Assembly (NCBI RefSeq): GCF_004765795.1 | Contig: NZ_SBIV01000002.1 | Span: 372,001 to 436,000, forward strand | Origin: Halorussus marinus | GTDB lineage: Archaea > Halobacteriota > Halobacteria > Halobacteriales > Haladaptataceae | DNA length: 64,000 bases | Direction of reading: 5' to 3' | Part shown: positions 40,492 through 50,041 of the stretch, piece after piece | Numbering within the stretch: the first letter of the stretch is position 1 | Layout: each line of letters starts with the position of its first letter | The notes under the pieces: model-generated | Database searches by the model: none | What the model saw: the letters and a program-made list of their open reading frames with translations, nothing else | What the model was told of the DNA's origin: nothing | Translations under genes and position numbers: made by a program

Positions 40492-41586
40492 ATGGACCCG
40501 TTCCACGCCGACTACCCGTTTCTCGACGCCTCGCGCGAGGCGGTCCGAGAGGCGGACGTCGGCCTCGCCGAGATGATCGTCTCGGCGAGCGCCGACGGGC
40601 GCCACCCCGCGGTCGACCGCGGGGTCCAGCGGGTCGAACGCGCCCTGCTCGACGGGACCGTCGACGTGCCCGACGGCGAGCGCCACCCCGGCGTGCAGGC
40701 CGAACTCCTCTCGTACCCGGTCGCCCGAGTGTTAGTCTCGCTTCTGGACGCCCCCGGCGCGGTCGAGAAGTACGCCGACGCCGAGGCCCGGACCGCTTAC
40801 GAGCGGTTCACCGACGACTTCGCGGCGCTCGGAGAGGGCCAGCGGACCCCGACCGACGGGAAGGTCCCCCGGGCGTACCTCCTGCGGGAGTTCGATCTCG
40901 CTCGCGACGTCGAGGTCGCCGACCCCGGGTTCGCGGTCGCGGTCCCCGCCTACCTCCGGCTCGCGGGCGGGTTCGACGGCGACTCGTGGCGGCTCGCCAC
41001 CCGCGAGGTGGCCGACGGCGCGGTCACGATCGACGAGTCGGAGCTCCACGACCTGCTCCGGGAGGCGGTCCGCGCGCGAGTCGCCGACGGACTCCCGACC
41101 GAGGTTCCCGACGAGATCCGGGAGGGACTGACCGAGGAGGTGGCCGAACTCGAAGACGCCTTCTCGGAGGTGGACGTGGCCCGCGACATCGACGTGCTCG
41201 CACCCGGCCAGTTCCCGCCGTGCATGCGGAGTCTCCTCGATCGGGCGCGGGCCGACGAGGAGCTCTCGGCACATTCGCGGTTCGCGCTCGTCGCGTTTCT
41301 CGCCAGCGCGGGGGCCGACCCCGACGAGATGCTGGCGCTCTGGGAGGTCGACGACCCGACGGTCGCGACCCGACTCCGCTACCGGGCGGCCCGCGTCGGG
41401 GACGACGCCGGCGCGCAGTACGCCCCGCCGTCGTGCGAGACGATGGCCGCCTACGGCGACTGCCCGGTGGCCGACGAGAGCGACCCGACCGCGGACGCCC
41501 GGTGTGAGACGATCCGCCACCCGCTGGCGTACTACGAGCAGGCCCTAGAGGCGGTCGACGACGTCGAAGACTGGCGCGAGCGCTGA
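40492..41586 (+). CDS. priL: DNA primase large subunit
   Basis: YPFL..REAV; ELLSYPVARVLVS; FPPCM, HSRFAL, PPSCETM, GDC, RC..I.HPL.YY (Fe-S Cys ligands). Confidence 0.85.
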   Translation: MDPFHADYPFLDASREAVREADVGLAEMIVSASADGRHPAVDRGVQRVERALLDGTVDVPDGERHPGVQAELLSYPVARVLVSLLDAPGAVEKYADAEARTAYERFTDDFAALGEGQRTPTDGKVPRAYLLREFDLARDVEVADPGFAVAVPAYLRLAGGFDGDSWRLATREVADGAVTIDESELHDLLREAVRARVADGLPTEVPDEIREGLTEEVAELEDAFSEVDVARDIDVLAPGQFPPCMRSLLDRARADEELSAHSRFALVAFLASAGADPDEMLALWEVDDPTVATRLRYRAARVGDDAGAQYAPPSCETMAAYGDCPVADESDPTADARCETIRHPLAYYEQALEAVDDVEDWRER

Positions 41587-41605
41587 TACAGAAGAGACGG
41601 GGCCG

Positions 41606-41809
41606 CTACTCCTGATACGCCATCCAGACGCCGATCCCGGTCATGAGAAGGACGAAGAAGACGATGACGCCGATGACCGCGAGCGCGCCGGTCTCTGTGA
41701 GTCCGTTCTCGCCGAAGGTCGTCCCGACGAACGCCAACAGCGCGACGAACAGCCCGACCGCCCCGACGGAGACGGCGATGTCCCGGAGCGTCTCCTGCTC
41801 GATGTTCAT
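41606..41809 (-). CDS. Small two-TM membrane protein
   Basis: MNIEQETLRDIAVSV..; two hydrophobic helices; acidic codon style. Confidence 0.75.
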   Translation of the reverse strand: MNIEQETLRDIAVSVGAVGLFVALLAFVGTTFGENGLTETGALAVIGVIVFFVLLMTGIGVWMAYQE

Positions 41810-41849
41810 GGCGGGGGCTTCCGGGGGCACCCGCAAAAGCGCTTCGAAA

Positions 41850-42083
41850 CGACCTTTTACTGCGCTCCGAGGCGGGCTACGGCCGCCTCTCGGCTGGGAA
41901 AACCTCGACTAAAACCCGCCATCACCTCCTTCGGGGGTTCCTCGGGGCGCTCGCTCGTCGTGATCCGAGAGAGCGACGCTCTCTCGTCATCACGAAAGGC
42001 AGTGCCTTTCGAACGACTACGCTCCTCGTTCGCGGGGGAATCGCGGGGTCGCTCGCTTGCCCCTCGCTTGCGGAACGTGGTGC
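41850..42083. repeat. Dispersed palindromic intergenic element, copy B
   Basis: 41936-42035 matches 16700-16799 with 3 mismatches; outer boundaries approximate. Confidence 0.85.
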
Positions 42084-42269
42084 ATCTCACCCCGCGTTCT
42101 GTGGCGTCAAAGAGCCCTCTAAGTCCAATATAGTGTTTCCGATAGGTGTAAGACTTAGGGGCGCTCGGACCCTACGTATTCGTACGCGGAATCGACCGCA
42201 GACGCGACGAGTGGGGGTCGAAACGCCGATTCTGTCGATCGCGGTCGCCGCACACAAGGTGGGAAGCCC

Positions 42270-42971
42270 ATGGAAAACACAACAGCTTCCGAACGAACGC
42301 GCGCACCGCTCGCTCCCGCGCCCGAGGTGACCGACGTCAGGTCCCAGCGGGCCCGCACGGAGCGAATGAACGTCACGCCGCTCGGCGGCGGCGTCTACGA
42401 AGTCGAGAGCCAGACGGGAAACGCCTACTCGGTCGACCTCCGGGGCGGCCGGTGTACCTGCCCCGATCACACCTTCCGGCAGGTCCGGTGCAAGCACCTC
42501 CGGCGGGTCGCGATGGAGGTCACCGAGGGGCTGGTCCCGCCGCCCGGCGAGCGGGCGGTCGCCTGCGAGCACTGTGGCGACGAGCTGTTCGTCCCCGAGG
42601 GCGAGCGCGGGCCCTACCTCTGTGAGGAGTGTCGGCTCGGCCCGGGCGAACTCGTCGTCGACCGGGAGACCGACGACCTGCTCGTCGTCGTCGAGACGAC
42701 CGACCGCCGGGCCGACGAGGTGGACGTGACCGGCCGGGATGTGACCGTCGCCGACTACTCGACAAACGAGGGCTACCGGGCCGACGACGTGGTCGTCGAG
42801 GCGATGTACCCGGTGCCGGCCGGGCTCGACGCCGACGACTTTCGGCCCCACCACCTCCGTCACTACTCGTTCCCGCGCGGGCGGCTCGCCCGTCGGGGCG
42901 AGTCCACCGAAGGGGGCGGCTCGGACGCCGAAGACCAGTCTGCGCTCGGGGACTTCGAGCCGGCCGCGTAG
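42270..42971 (+). CDS. SWIM zinc-finger protein
   Basis: YSVDL..GRCTCPD......CKH SWIM motif; second CEHC/CEEC knuckle. Confidence 0.85.
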   Translation: MENTTASERTRAPLAPAPEVTDVRSQRARTERMNVTPLGGGVYEVESQTGNAYSVDLRGGRCTCPDHTFRQVRCKHLRRVAMEVTEGLVPPPGERAVACEHCGDELFVPEGERGPYLCEECRLGPGELVVDRETDDLLVVVETTDRRADEVDVTGRDVTVADYSTNEGYRADDVVVEAMYPVPAGLDADDFRPHHLRHYSFPRGRLARRGESTEGGGSDAEDQSALGDFEPAA

Positions 42972-43002
42972 CACGGCGACCTGTGCGGGTCGGATTTTCT
43001 CG

Positions 43003-43518
43003 CTACCCGTCGAGCGCCGCGGCCGCCTCCTCGACGGAGATGTCGCCGCGTTTCACCGCCGACAGGAGATCGAGCACCGCGGCGTCGTGGTCGTCCTCGC
43101 CCGCCTCGCCGAGCGTCGCCTGCTCAGAGTGGCCCACGAGCTCCGGGAAGTCGGTGCCGTCGGCGAGCGCGGTTTCGAGCTTGACCCGGTAGTTGCCGCC
43201 GTCGGTGGTGTAGAGCTCGCCGGGGTGGAAAAAGTACCAGTCCTCCCGGTCGAACCGCACGCCGATCCGGGGCTTGGCGCCGAAGTTCCGGCTGAAGTAC
43301 ACAAGCGCCTCGACCTCCTCGCCGGTGAGGTAGATGGGATCGCCCGCGCTCGATTTGGCCTCGATGGCGTAGAACACCTCGCTGTCGCCGGCCAGCACGT
43401 CCGGGAGCTCGCGCTCGGTCGCCGACCCGGACGCGGGCGCGCGCATCACCGCGAACCCCGCCTCGTCGAGCCGGTTGACGAGTTCGCGCTCGCGGCGATC
43501 CCCCTTGGCGTTCGACAT
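43003..43518 (-). CDS. hjc: Holliday junction resolvase
   Basis: [34 protein letters not shown]. Confidence 0.95.
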   Translation of the reverse strand: MSNAKGDRRERELVNRLDEAGFAVMRAPASGSATERELPDVLAGDSEVFYAIEAKSSAGDPIYLTGEEVEALVYFSRNFGAKPRIGVRFDREDWYFFHPGELYTTDGGNYRVKLETALADGTDFPELVGHSEQATLGEAGEDDHDAAVLDLLSAVKRGDISVEEAAAALDG

Positions 43519-43616
43519 CAGACACCCCCCGAGAGCTCGGTCGCGTCGGTCATATCGAATCGTCGTTCCTTCGGGGTGTTAAGTCCGCCGGGACCGGGGC
43601 GGACGATCGGGCGGCC

Positions 43617-44927
43617 TTACGTCCCGTGCTGCCAGCTCCCCATGTACTCTTCTTGCTCGTCGGACAGATCGTCGTACGCGACGCCCTCGGCGTCGAGCTT
43701 GATCTCGGCGATCTCCCGATCGAGGTCGTCGGGAACCTCGTGGACGCCGGCCTCGTACTGGTCGCCCTCCTCGCTCGAACTGTCCGAGGCGCCGTTCTCG
43801 ACCAGTTCCCGGACGCAGACGGCCTGTACGCCGAAGCTCTGGTCCATCACCTCGACCGGGTGGCCGAGCGCGATCGGGCTGGCGAGGTTCACCAGCCGCC
43901 CCTCCGCGAGGACGTTGAGCCGGCGGCCGTCCTGTAGCTCGTACTCTCGGACGCCCTCGCGGGCCTCGCGCTCGTCGACCGCCATCTCGGCGAGCTCGTC
44001 GAGGTTGATCTCGATGTCGAAGTGGCCCGCGTTCGCGAGCAGGACGCCGTCGTTCATCTGCTCGAAGTGGTCGGCGGTGATCACGTCGCGGTTGCCGGTG
44101 GTCGTCAGGAACACGTCGCCGACCGCGGCGGCCTCGTCCATCGGCATCACGTCGTAGCCCTCCATGTGGGCTTCGAGCGCGCGGCGGGGCTCGACCTCGG
44201 TCACGATGACGTTGGCGTTCTGGCCCGCGGCCTTCTTCGCGACGCCCTTCCCGCAGTAGCCGTAGCCCGCGACCACGACGTCTTTGCCCGCCCACGAGAG
44301 GTTCGTGGTCATCGCGATGTTCGCCAGCGAGGACTCGCCCGTCCCGTGAACGTTGTCGAACAGTCGCTTCATCGGGGTGTCGTTCACCGCGAACACGGGG
44401 TACTCGAGCGCGCCGTCGTCGTCCATCGCGCGCAGGCGGTGGACGCCCGTGGTGGTCTCTTCACAGCCGCCGATGATGGAGTCGATCAGCTCGGGGTAGT
44501 CCTCGTGGATGGCCGCGACGAGGTCCATCCCGTCGTCGACCGTGACGGTCGGCTCGTGGGCGATGACCGCCTCGATGGCCTCGTAGTACTCCTCGTCGTC
44601 GACCCCGCGCTTGGCATAGGAGGTGATCTTGGGATGCTCGTCGAGCGCGGCGCTCACGTCGTCGTGGGTCGAGAGGGGGTTGCACCCCGTGACCGCGACG
44701 TCCGCACCCGCCTCCGCGAGGGTCTCGACCAGCACCGCGGTCTTGGCCTCGACGTGCATCGCCATCCCGATGCGCTGGCCCTCGAAGGGCTTCTCGGCGT
44801 CGAACTCAGCCTGGAGCGCGGTCAGGATCGGCATGTGTTCGCGCGCCCAGTCTATCTTCCGGTGGCCATCTTCGCGAGCAGACTCGATGTCGTCTAACTG
44901 CTCGCTGATCGCCGGGTAGTCTACCAT
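43617..44927 (-). CDS. ahcY: Adenosylhomocysteinase
   Basis: GCNPLSTHD, EETTTGVHRL, FDNVHGTG, GYGYCGKG, NAGHFD, EGRLVNL, GHPVEVMD. Confidence 0.97.
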   Translation of the reverse strand: MVDYPAISEQLDDIESAREDGHRKIDWAREHMPILTALQAEFDAEKPFEGQRIGMAMHVEAKTAVLVETLAEAGADVAVTGCNPLSTHDDVSAALDEHPKITSYAKRGVDDEEYYEAIEAVIAHEPTVTVDDGMDLVAAIHEDYPELIDSIIGGCEETTTGVHRLRAMDDDGALEYPVFAVNDTPMKRLFDNVHGTGESSLANIAMTTNLSWAGKDVVVAGYGYCGKGVAKKAAGQNANVIVTEVEPRRALEAHMEGYDVMPMDEAAAVGDVFLTTTGNRDVITADHFEQMNDGVLLANAGHFDIEINLDELAEMAVDEREAREGVREYELQDGRRLNVLAEGRLVNLASPIALGHPVEVMDQSFGVQAVCVRELVENGASDSSSEEGDQYEAGVHEVPDDLDREIAEIKLDAEGVAYDDLSDEQEEYMGSWQHGT

Positions 44928-45010
44928 GCGCGAACAGAGGGCTACCGCGCCCAAAACGCTACCGAAGCCGGACGCGACCGATCGTCGGTCTCTGGGCGTC
45001 GGCGGTCGGA

Positions 45011-45904
45011 TCAGTTACCGTTGCCGTTTCCGTTGTTCCCGGCCGCGTTTCCGTTACCGGGATTGTCGTCGCCGTCTTCGTCCTCGTCGTCGGTCTCTTC
45101 TTCGTCGGCGTCAGTCTCTTCTTTGTCGGTGTCCGCGGCCTCGTCGTCGGTCTCTTCTTCGTCGTCGGCGTCCGCGGCCTCAGGCCGTTCTTCGTCGGCG
45201 TCCCCGTCCGCGGTCTCGTTGCTCTCGTCGTCGCTGTCGGGACCGGCGTGCTCGGGCGGTCCGCGCTCGTCGTCCTCGTCGTCACCGTCGGGGCCGACGT
45301 CGTCGGGCTTCCCGGCGTCCTCGGACGCGTTCCCGACATCGTCGGGCTTCCCGGCGTCGTCGGGTCGGCCCGCGTCGTCGGGCGCGTTCCCGGCGTTGCC
45401 CGGGTTGTTGTTCGTGACGAACTCCGAGACCGCCTGTCCGAGGCCGCCGTCGTTGCTCCCGGCGTCGAGCATCTCGGTCACGAACGAGGAGACGAGCTGT
45501 CCGAAGCTCCCCGCCTCGTCGTCGGACTCTCCGACGGTCAGGTCGGCCGTCGCCGAACCGGTCGCGCCGTCGGCGGTGGCGGTGATCGCCACGGTCACGT
45601 TCTGTCCGGGCGCGGGGAGTTCGACTTCGCCGTCGTCGTCGGTGGTGTAGTTCCCCGCGCCGTCGTACGTGACGTTCGCCGTCGTCGCGTCGACGATTAC
45701 GCTCGCGTTCTCGACAGCCGAATCGTTCTGCGTCACGCTCACGGTCGCCTCGCCGTCGTCGTCCTGCTCGATCCCGACGACGAGCGACTCGTTCGCCGTC
45801 GCGTCGTTCGCGGCCGCGGCGTTGACGACGCCCGCGGCGGCGAACGCCGACAGGATCAGTACGCCGGCCATCGCGACCGAAAGCAGTCGTTTCTTCGATC
45901 TCAT
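45011..45904 (-). CDS. Secreted acidic low-complexity protein
   Basis: Signal peptide (MRSKKRLL + hydrophobic stretch); beta-rich domain; FGQLVSSFV/LGQAVSEFV repeat; D/E-rich tail. Confidence 0.8.
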   Translation of the reverse strand: MRSKKRLLSVAMAGVLILSAFAAAGVVNAAAANDATANESLVVGIEQDDDGEATVSVTQNDSAVENASVIVDATTANVTYDGAGNYTTDDDGEVELPAPGQNVTVAITATADGATGSATADLTVGESDDEAGSFGQLVSSFVTEMLDAGSNDGGLGQAVSEFVTNNNPGNAGNAPDDAGRPDDAGKPDDVGNASEDAGKPDDVGPDGDDEDDERGPPEHAGPDSDDESNETADGDADEERPEAADADDEEETDDEAADTDKEETDADEEETDDEDEDGDDNPGNGNAAGNNGNGNGN

Positions 45905-46081
45905 GCGCTCGGTGCTACGGGAAACGTCCGATTAAACCCCGATTGCCGTACAATTGGTTCGGACCGTTCACCGCGACGACGAGAGAGCCACAAATCCGCT
46001 GAGACGGTTTAAAAATAGTTCTGATCGTTTATCTTTGATCGTTCAACGGCGCGTTTCCGTCGACCTGACAGTGCCGCGAGA

Positions 46082-47380
46082 TCACTCGGCGCGCTCGACC
46101 GCCGCGGCCGCTCGCTCCTCGGCCCGGGCCCGAACCGCGTTGGCGTCGAGGGGCAGGACTTCCCGGTCGCGCATCAGCACCTCGCCGTCACAGACGGTGT
46201 GGCGCACGTCCGACCCGCGGGCCGCGTAGACGAGGTGGCTCACGAGGTCGTGGCGGGGCGTGAGGTGGGCGGCCGCCAGATCCACGACCGCGAGGTCGGC
46301 GTTCGCGCCCGCCTCGATCCGACCGCCGTCGAACCCGAGCAGGTCGGCGCCGCCGAGCGTCGCCATCTCCACGACGCGCTCGGCCGGCACCGCGCTGGCG
46401 TCGTTCGCGGCGAGCTTGCCGACCATCGCGGCGTCGCGCATCTCGTCGAACAGGTCGAGGTCGTTGTTCGAGGCCGCCCCGTCCGTCCCGAGCCCGACGC
46501 CCACGCCCGCGTCGAGCAACCGCTGGACCGGCGCCATCCCGCTCGCGAGCTTCATGTTCGAGGCCGGACAGTGGACGACGCCCGTCCCGGTCTCGGCGAG
46601 CAGTTCGATCTCCGCCTCGTCGACGTGGACGCCGTGGGCCACGAACGCCGAGTCGCCGGTCATCTCACAGTCGCGGGCGTATTCGAGCGGGCGCTCGCCG
46701 CGCTCGTCGACGATCGGCTCGACCTCGTCGGCGGTTTCGTTGGCGTGGTAGTGGACCGGCACGTTGGCCGCCCGAGCCTCGGCGGTGTACTCACGGAGGA
46801 ACGCCTCGCCGACGGTGGTGAGGCTGTGTGGCATGAACGCGGTCCGAACCCGACCGTCGGCCGCCCCGTCGAACTCCCGCGCGACGTCGAGGCTCGTTTC
46901 GAGGTCCTCGCGGGCGTCGGCCTCGTCTTTGCCGACCGTGACCACGCCGTGGCCGAGGCGGGCGCGCAGTCCAGCCTCCTCGACGGCCGCGGCGATCTCG
47001 GGGACGTGGAAGTACATGTCCGCGAACGCGGTCGTGCCCGACCGGATCATCTCGACGAGCCCGAGTTCGGTGCCGGCCCGGACGTCGTCTCCGGTGAGCG
47101 CGGCCTCGACGGGCCAGATGTCCTCCCGGAGCCACGCGTCGAGTTCCTTGTCGTCTGCGTACCCCCGCAGGAGCGTCATCGCGACGTGCGTGTGGGCGTT
47201 CACGAGGCCGGGAATCACCAGCGAGTCGCCGGCGTCGAGGCGCTCGTCGCCCGCCGGCACCGACTCGGGATCGCCGACCGCCGCGATCGTCCCGTCGTCC
47301 TGATCGACCACCACGTCGGCTCGCTCGACGGTCAGATCGGGTCGGAGGACCCGTCCGCCCGCGATTCGGAGCGTCGTCAT
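46082..47380 (-). CDS. Amidohydrolase, MTA/SAH (5'-deoxyadenosine) deaminase family
   Basis: PGLVNAHTH, DMYF, HANET, HCPASNMKLASG, GTDGAASNN; near ahcY. Confidence 0.9.
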   Translation of the reverse strand: MTTLRIAGGRVLRPDLTVERADVVVDQDDGTIAAVGDPESVPAGDERLDAGDSLVIPGLVNAHTHVAMTLLRGYADDKELDAWLREDIWPVEAALTGDDVRAGTELGLVEMIRSGTTAFADMYFHVPEIAAAVEEAGLRARLGHGVVTVGKDEADAREDLETSLDVAREFDGAADGRVRTAFMPHSLTTVGEAFLREYTAEARAANVPVHYHANETADEVEPIVDERGERPLEYARDCEMTGDSAFVAHGVHVDEAEIELLAETGTGVVHCPASNMKLASGMAPVQRLLDAGVGVGLGTDGAASNNDLDLFDEMRDAAMVGKLAANDASAVPAERVVEMATLGGADLLGFDGGRIEAGANADLAVVDLAAAHLTPRHDLVSHLVYAARGSDVRHTVCDGEVLMRDREVLPLDANAVRARAEERAAAAVERAE

Positions 47381-47437
47381 GGCTCGGGGTTCGCGCGGGC
47401 GGCGTGTCAATCCATCGGGTTCGGTCGCGCGCGGCGG

Positions 47438-48583
47438 TCAGTCCTCGAATCGTCCCCAGAGCCGATCGAGCCGGTCGCCAAGCGGGGGCCGCATCGCGAC
47501 GAGCGCGGCGAGCCGGCCCGACTCGTAGCTCAGCCGGTGTTCGTCCGCGATCGCTTCGAGCGCCTCGGCGTAGGTCTCGGCGCCGACGCGGTCGACCGCG
47601 TCGTCGTCGGCCGCGAAGACGAGTCGCTTGCCGACGGCCGCGAGCGCGACCAGCAGGCCGACGTACAGCCCGACGAACGGGAGCGTTCCGAGGTCGGCCA
47701 GCGCGCTCACGTCGCCCGAGAGGGCGCCGATCGCCACCCCGGCACCGATCAGGACCACGAGGAGTTTGTACTCGCGGTAGTACCGCCGGGCGCGGCCGGC
47801 TCGGCTCGCGAGCACGGCCGCGACGACGTCGTCGTCGAACCGGTCGAGCAGGTAGTCGGTGACCAACAGGTGGCGGCGGCCGGGCAGTCCCGCGAGCATC
47901 GCCGTCGCGGTCGGATCGCCGTCGAGTTCCATGATCGCGACCGACCGCGGCGAGAGGCCGACGCGATCTGCGAGCCGGTCGAGCCGGTCGCGCTCGGCGT
48001 CGGTCGGGGCCCGGGTCGAGCGAAACAGGCCGACGAGCCGCGGCTGGGCCGCGAGCAGAACCGCGATCGCCGCGACGAGAACGCCCAACAGGGGACCGGT
48101 CGCGCGCAGGAGCCCCGGCGGGAGGAGGCTCAGCGAGCCGACGGCCGCCACCACGAGACCCAGAAAGACCGCGAGCCACCGCCCGAGCCCGAGCGCGGCG
48201 GCGGCCGCCGACAGCTCTGCGTCCCTGAGCGCTCGGACGGACGGGAACGCGCCGAGGTAGCCCGCGACCACGGCGACGACGACGCCGGCGAGCGTCGGCA
48301 CCCACGTCAGCACGGCTCCGATCGGCGACGCCGCGAGAAACGGGCTCGCGGCGCGGATCACGGTATCGGTCAGTTCGAGCGCGTCGGTCGCGAGCGCCGC
48401 GAACAGCGCGGCGAGTCCGGTCGCCGGGAGCCCGACGGCCAGCGCCCGGCGGATGCGGGCCATCGCGCGCTTGGGCGGGGCCTTCGTCGCCCACCACGCG
48501 ACGAGTCGGAGCGCCGCGAACGAGGCGACAGAGACGGCCGCGACCGCCGCCAGCGGACCGACGGACGGGAGGAGCGAAGCCAT
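47438..48583 (-). CDS. M48 (HtpX/Ste24)-like membrane protein lacking catalytic residues
   Basis: M48 scaffold (..RHLLVTDYLLDRFDDDVVAAVLA.., FAADDDA, PPLGDRL), but HExxH position reads SRAGR. Confidence 0.75.
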   Translation of the reverse strand: MASLLPSVGPLAAVAAVSVASFAALRLVAWWATKAPPKRAMARIRRALAVGLPATGLAALFAALATDALELTDTVIRAASPFLAASPIGAVLTWVPTLAGVVVAVVAGYLGAFPSVRALRDAELSAAAAALGLGRWLAVFLGLVVAAVGSLSLLPPGLLRATGPLLGVLVAAIAVLLAAQPRLVGLFRSTRAPTDAERDRLDRLADRVGLSPRSVAIMELDGDPTATAMLAGLPGRRHLLVTDYLLDRFDDDVVAAVLASRAGRARRYYREYKLLVVLIGAGVAIGALSGDVSALADLGTLPFVGLYVGLLVALAAVGKRLVFAADDDAVDRVGAETYAEALEAIADEHRLSYESGRLAALVAMRPPLGDRLDRLWGRFED

Positions 48584-48701
48584 ACGCCGGTCTCGTCAGC
48601 CCGCCGCCAAATTCGTTTCCATCGCTCGCGTTCGGCCCGTCTCGCGGTCCCGAACGGCGCGGATGAAAAGGTAGTTGCCCCCGGAGTCCGACAGTGCTCG
48701 T

Positions 48702-49562
48702 ATGCGAATCGCCGTCCCGAACAAGGGCCGACTCCACGAGCCGTCGATGGAACTGCTCGAACGCGCCGGGCTCCACGCCGTCGACGGCGCGGACCGCAAG
48801 CTCTACGCAGACACGGTCGACCCCGAGGTGAGCCTGCTGTTCGCCCGGGCGGCCGACATCCCCGAGTACGTCAGCGACGGCGCGGCCGACGCCGGGATCA
48901 CGGGGCTCGATCAGGTCCGGGAGGCCGACCCCGGCAACGTCGAGGAGCTACTCGACCTGGAGTTCGGCCGGTGTCGGCTCGTGCTCGCCGCCCCGGAGGA
49001 CGGCGACATCGAGGCCGTCGTCGATCTGGCGGGCAAGACCGTCGCCACCGAGTTCCCCAACGTCGCCCGGCGGTACTTCGACGAGCAGGGGGTCGACCCC
49101 GACATCGTGGAGGTCAGCGGCGCGACCGAACTCACGCCCCACGTCGAGATGGCCGACGCCATCATCGACATCACTTCCACGGGAACTACCCTCAAGGTCA
49201 ATCGGCTCGCGGTCGTCGACGAGGTGCTGTCGAGTTCGGTCTACCTGTTCGCCCGCGAGGACGCGGTCGACGACCCGAAGGTCGAACAGGTCGTGATGGC
49301 GCTCCGGTCGGTGCTGTCGGCCGACGGCAAGCGCTACCTGATGATGAACGCGCCCGAGGACCGCCTCGACGAGGTCCGGGACGTGATCCCGGGACTGGGC
49401 GGCCCGACCGTGATGAACGTCGAGGGCGAGACCGACGGCGACGAGACGGTCGCGGTCCACGCGGTCGTCGACGAGCGCGACGTGTTCGAGACCATCAACG
49501 ATCTCAAGTCGGTCGGCGCGAGCGGGATCCTCGTCACCGAGATCGAGCGACTGGTGGAGTGA
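48702..49562 (+). CDS. hisG: ATP phosphoribosyltransferase (long form)
   Basis: [37 protein letters not shown]-terminal regulatory domain. Confidence 0.97.
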   Translation: MRIAVPNKGRLHEPSMELLERAGLHAVDGADRKLYADTVDPEVSLLFARAADIPEYVSDGAADAGITGLDQVREADPGNVEELLDLEFGRCRLVLAAPEDGDIEAVVDLAGKTVATEFPNVARRYFDEQGVDPDIVEVSGATELTPHVEMADAIIDITSTGTTLKVNRLAVVDEVLSSSVYLFAREDAVDDPKVEQVVMALRSVLSADGKRYLMMNAPEDRLDEVRDVIPGLGGPTVMNVEGETDGDETVAVHAVVDERDVFETINDLKSVGASGILVTEIERLVE

Positions 49563-49577
49563 CGCCGAGTCGGGAGG

Positions 49578-49925
49578 TCACGTCGGGGCGGTCGAGAGCA
49601 GTCGCACGAGATTGAAGATCGTGATGCCGAGGATCGCGCTCAGGGTGTAGTGGGCGACCGCGACCAGCCCCGCAGTCCGGTACCGGAGCCGGTAGATCGC
49701 CCGGATGGCGAAAAAGTCCGCGGCGAGCGCGAGGACGATGATGACGCCCGGGTTCTGGTAGGCCTGGAGGGCGAACGAGATCACCGCCGGGACGACTCCG
49801 ACCGCGAGCGCCCGGACGAACGGGACGCCCCCGAGCACGTATCGGGCGGCGAGGTGGGCGGTTACGGCGTAAAACAGCACGGTCAACAGGAACGTACCGA
49901 CCAGTGCGACGACCGGGACTGCCAT
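49578..49925 (-). CDS. Small 4-TM membrane protein
   Basis: Hydrophobic throughout; TAHLAARYVLG; fills the gap between hisG and tbp. Confidence 0.78.
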   Translation of the reverse strand: MAVPVVALVGTFLLTVLFYAVTAHLAARYVLGGVPFVRALAVGVVPAVISFALQAYQNPGVIIVLALAADFFAIRAIYRLRYRTAGLVAVAHYTLSAILGITIFNLVRLLSTAPT

Positions 49926-50041
49926 GTTCGGACCTTGGACGCGGACGGTTTGTGACTGCCGGTTCGGCGCGGTCGCGCCGGCCGACCGTCGGGGGAGCGC
50001 GACGCCACAGAAAGGAGTCGTGAACCGCTCGGTCGGGCGCG

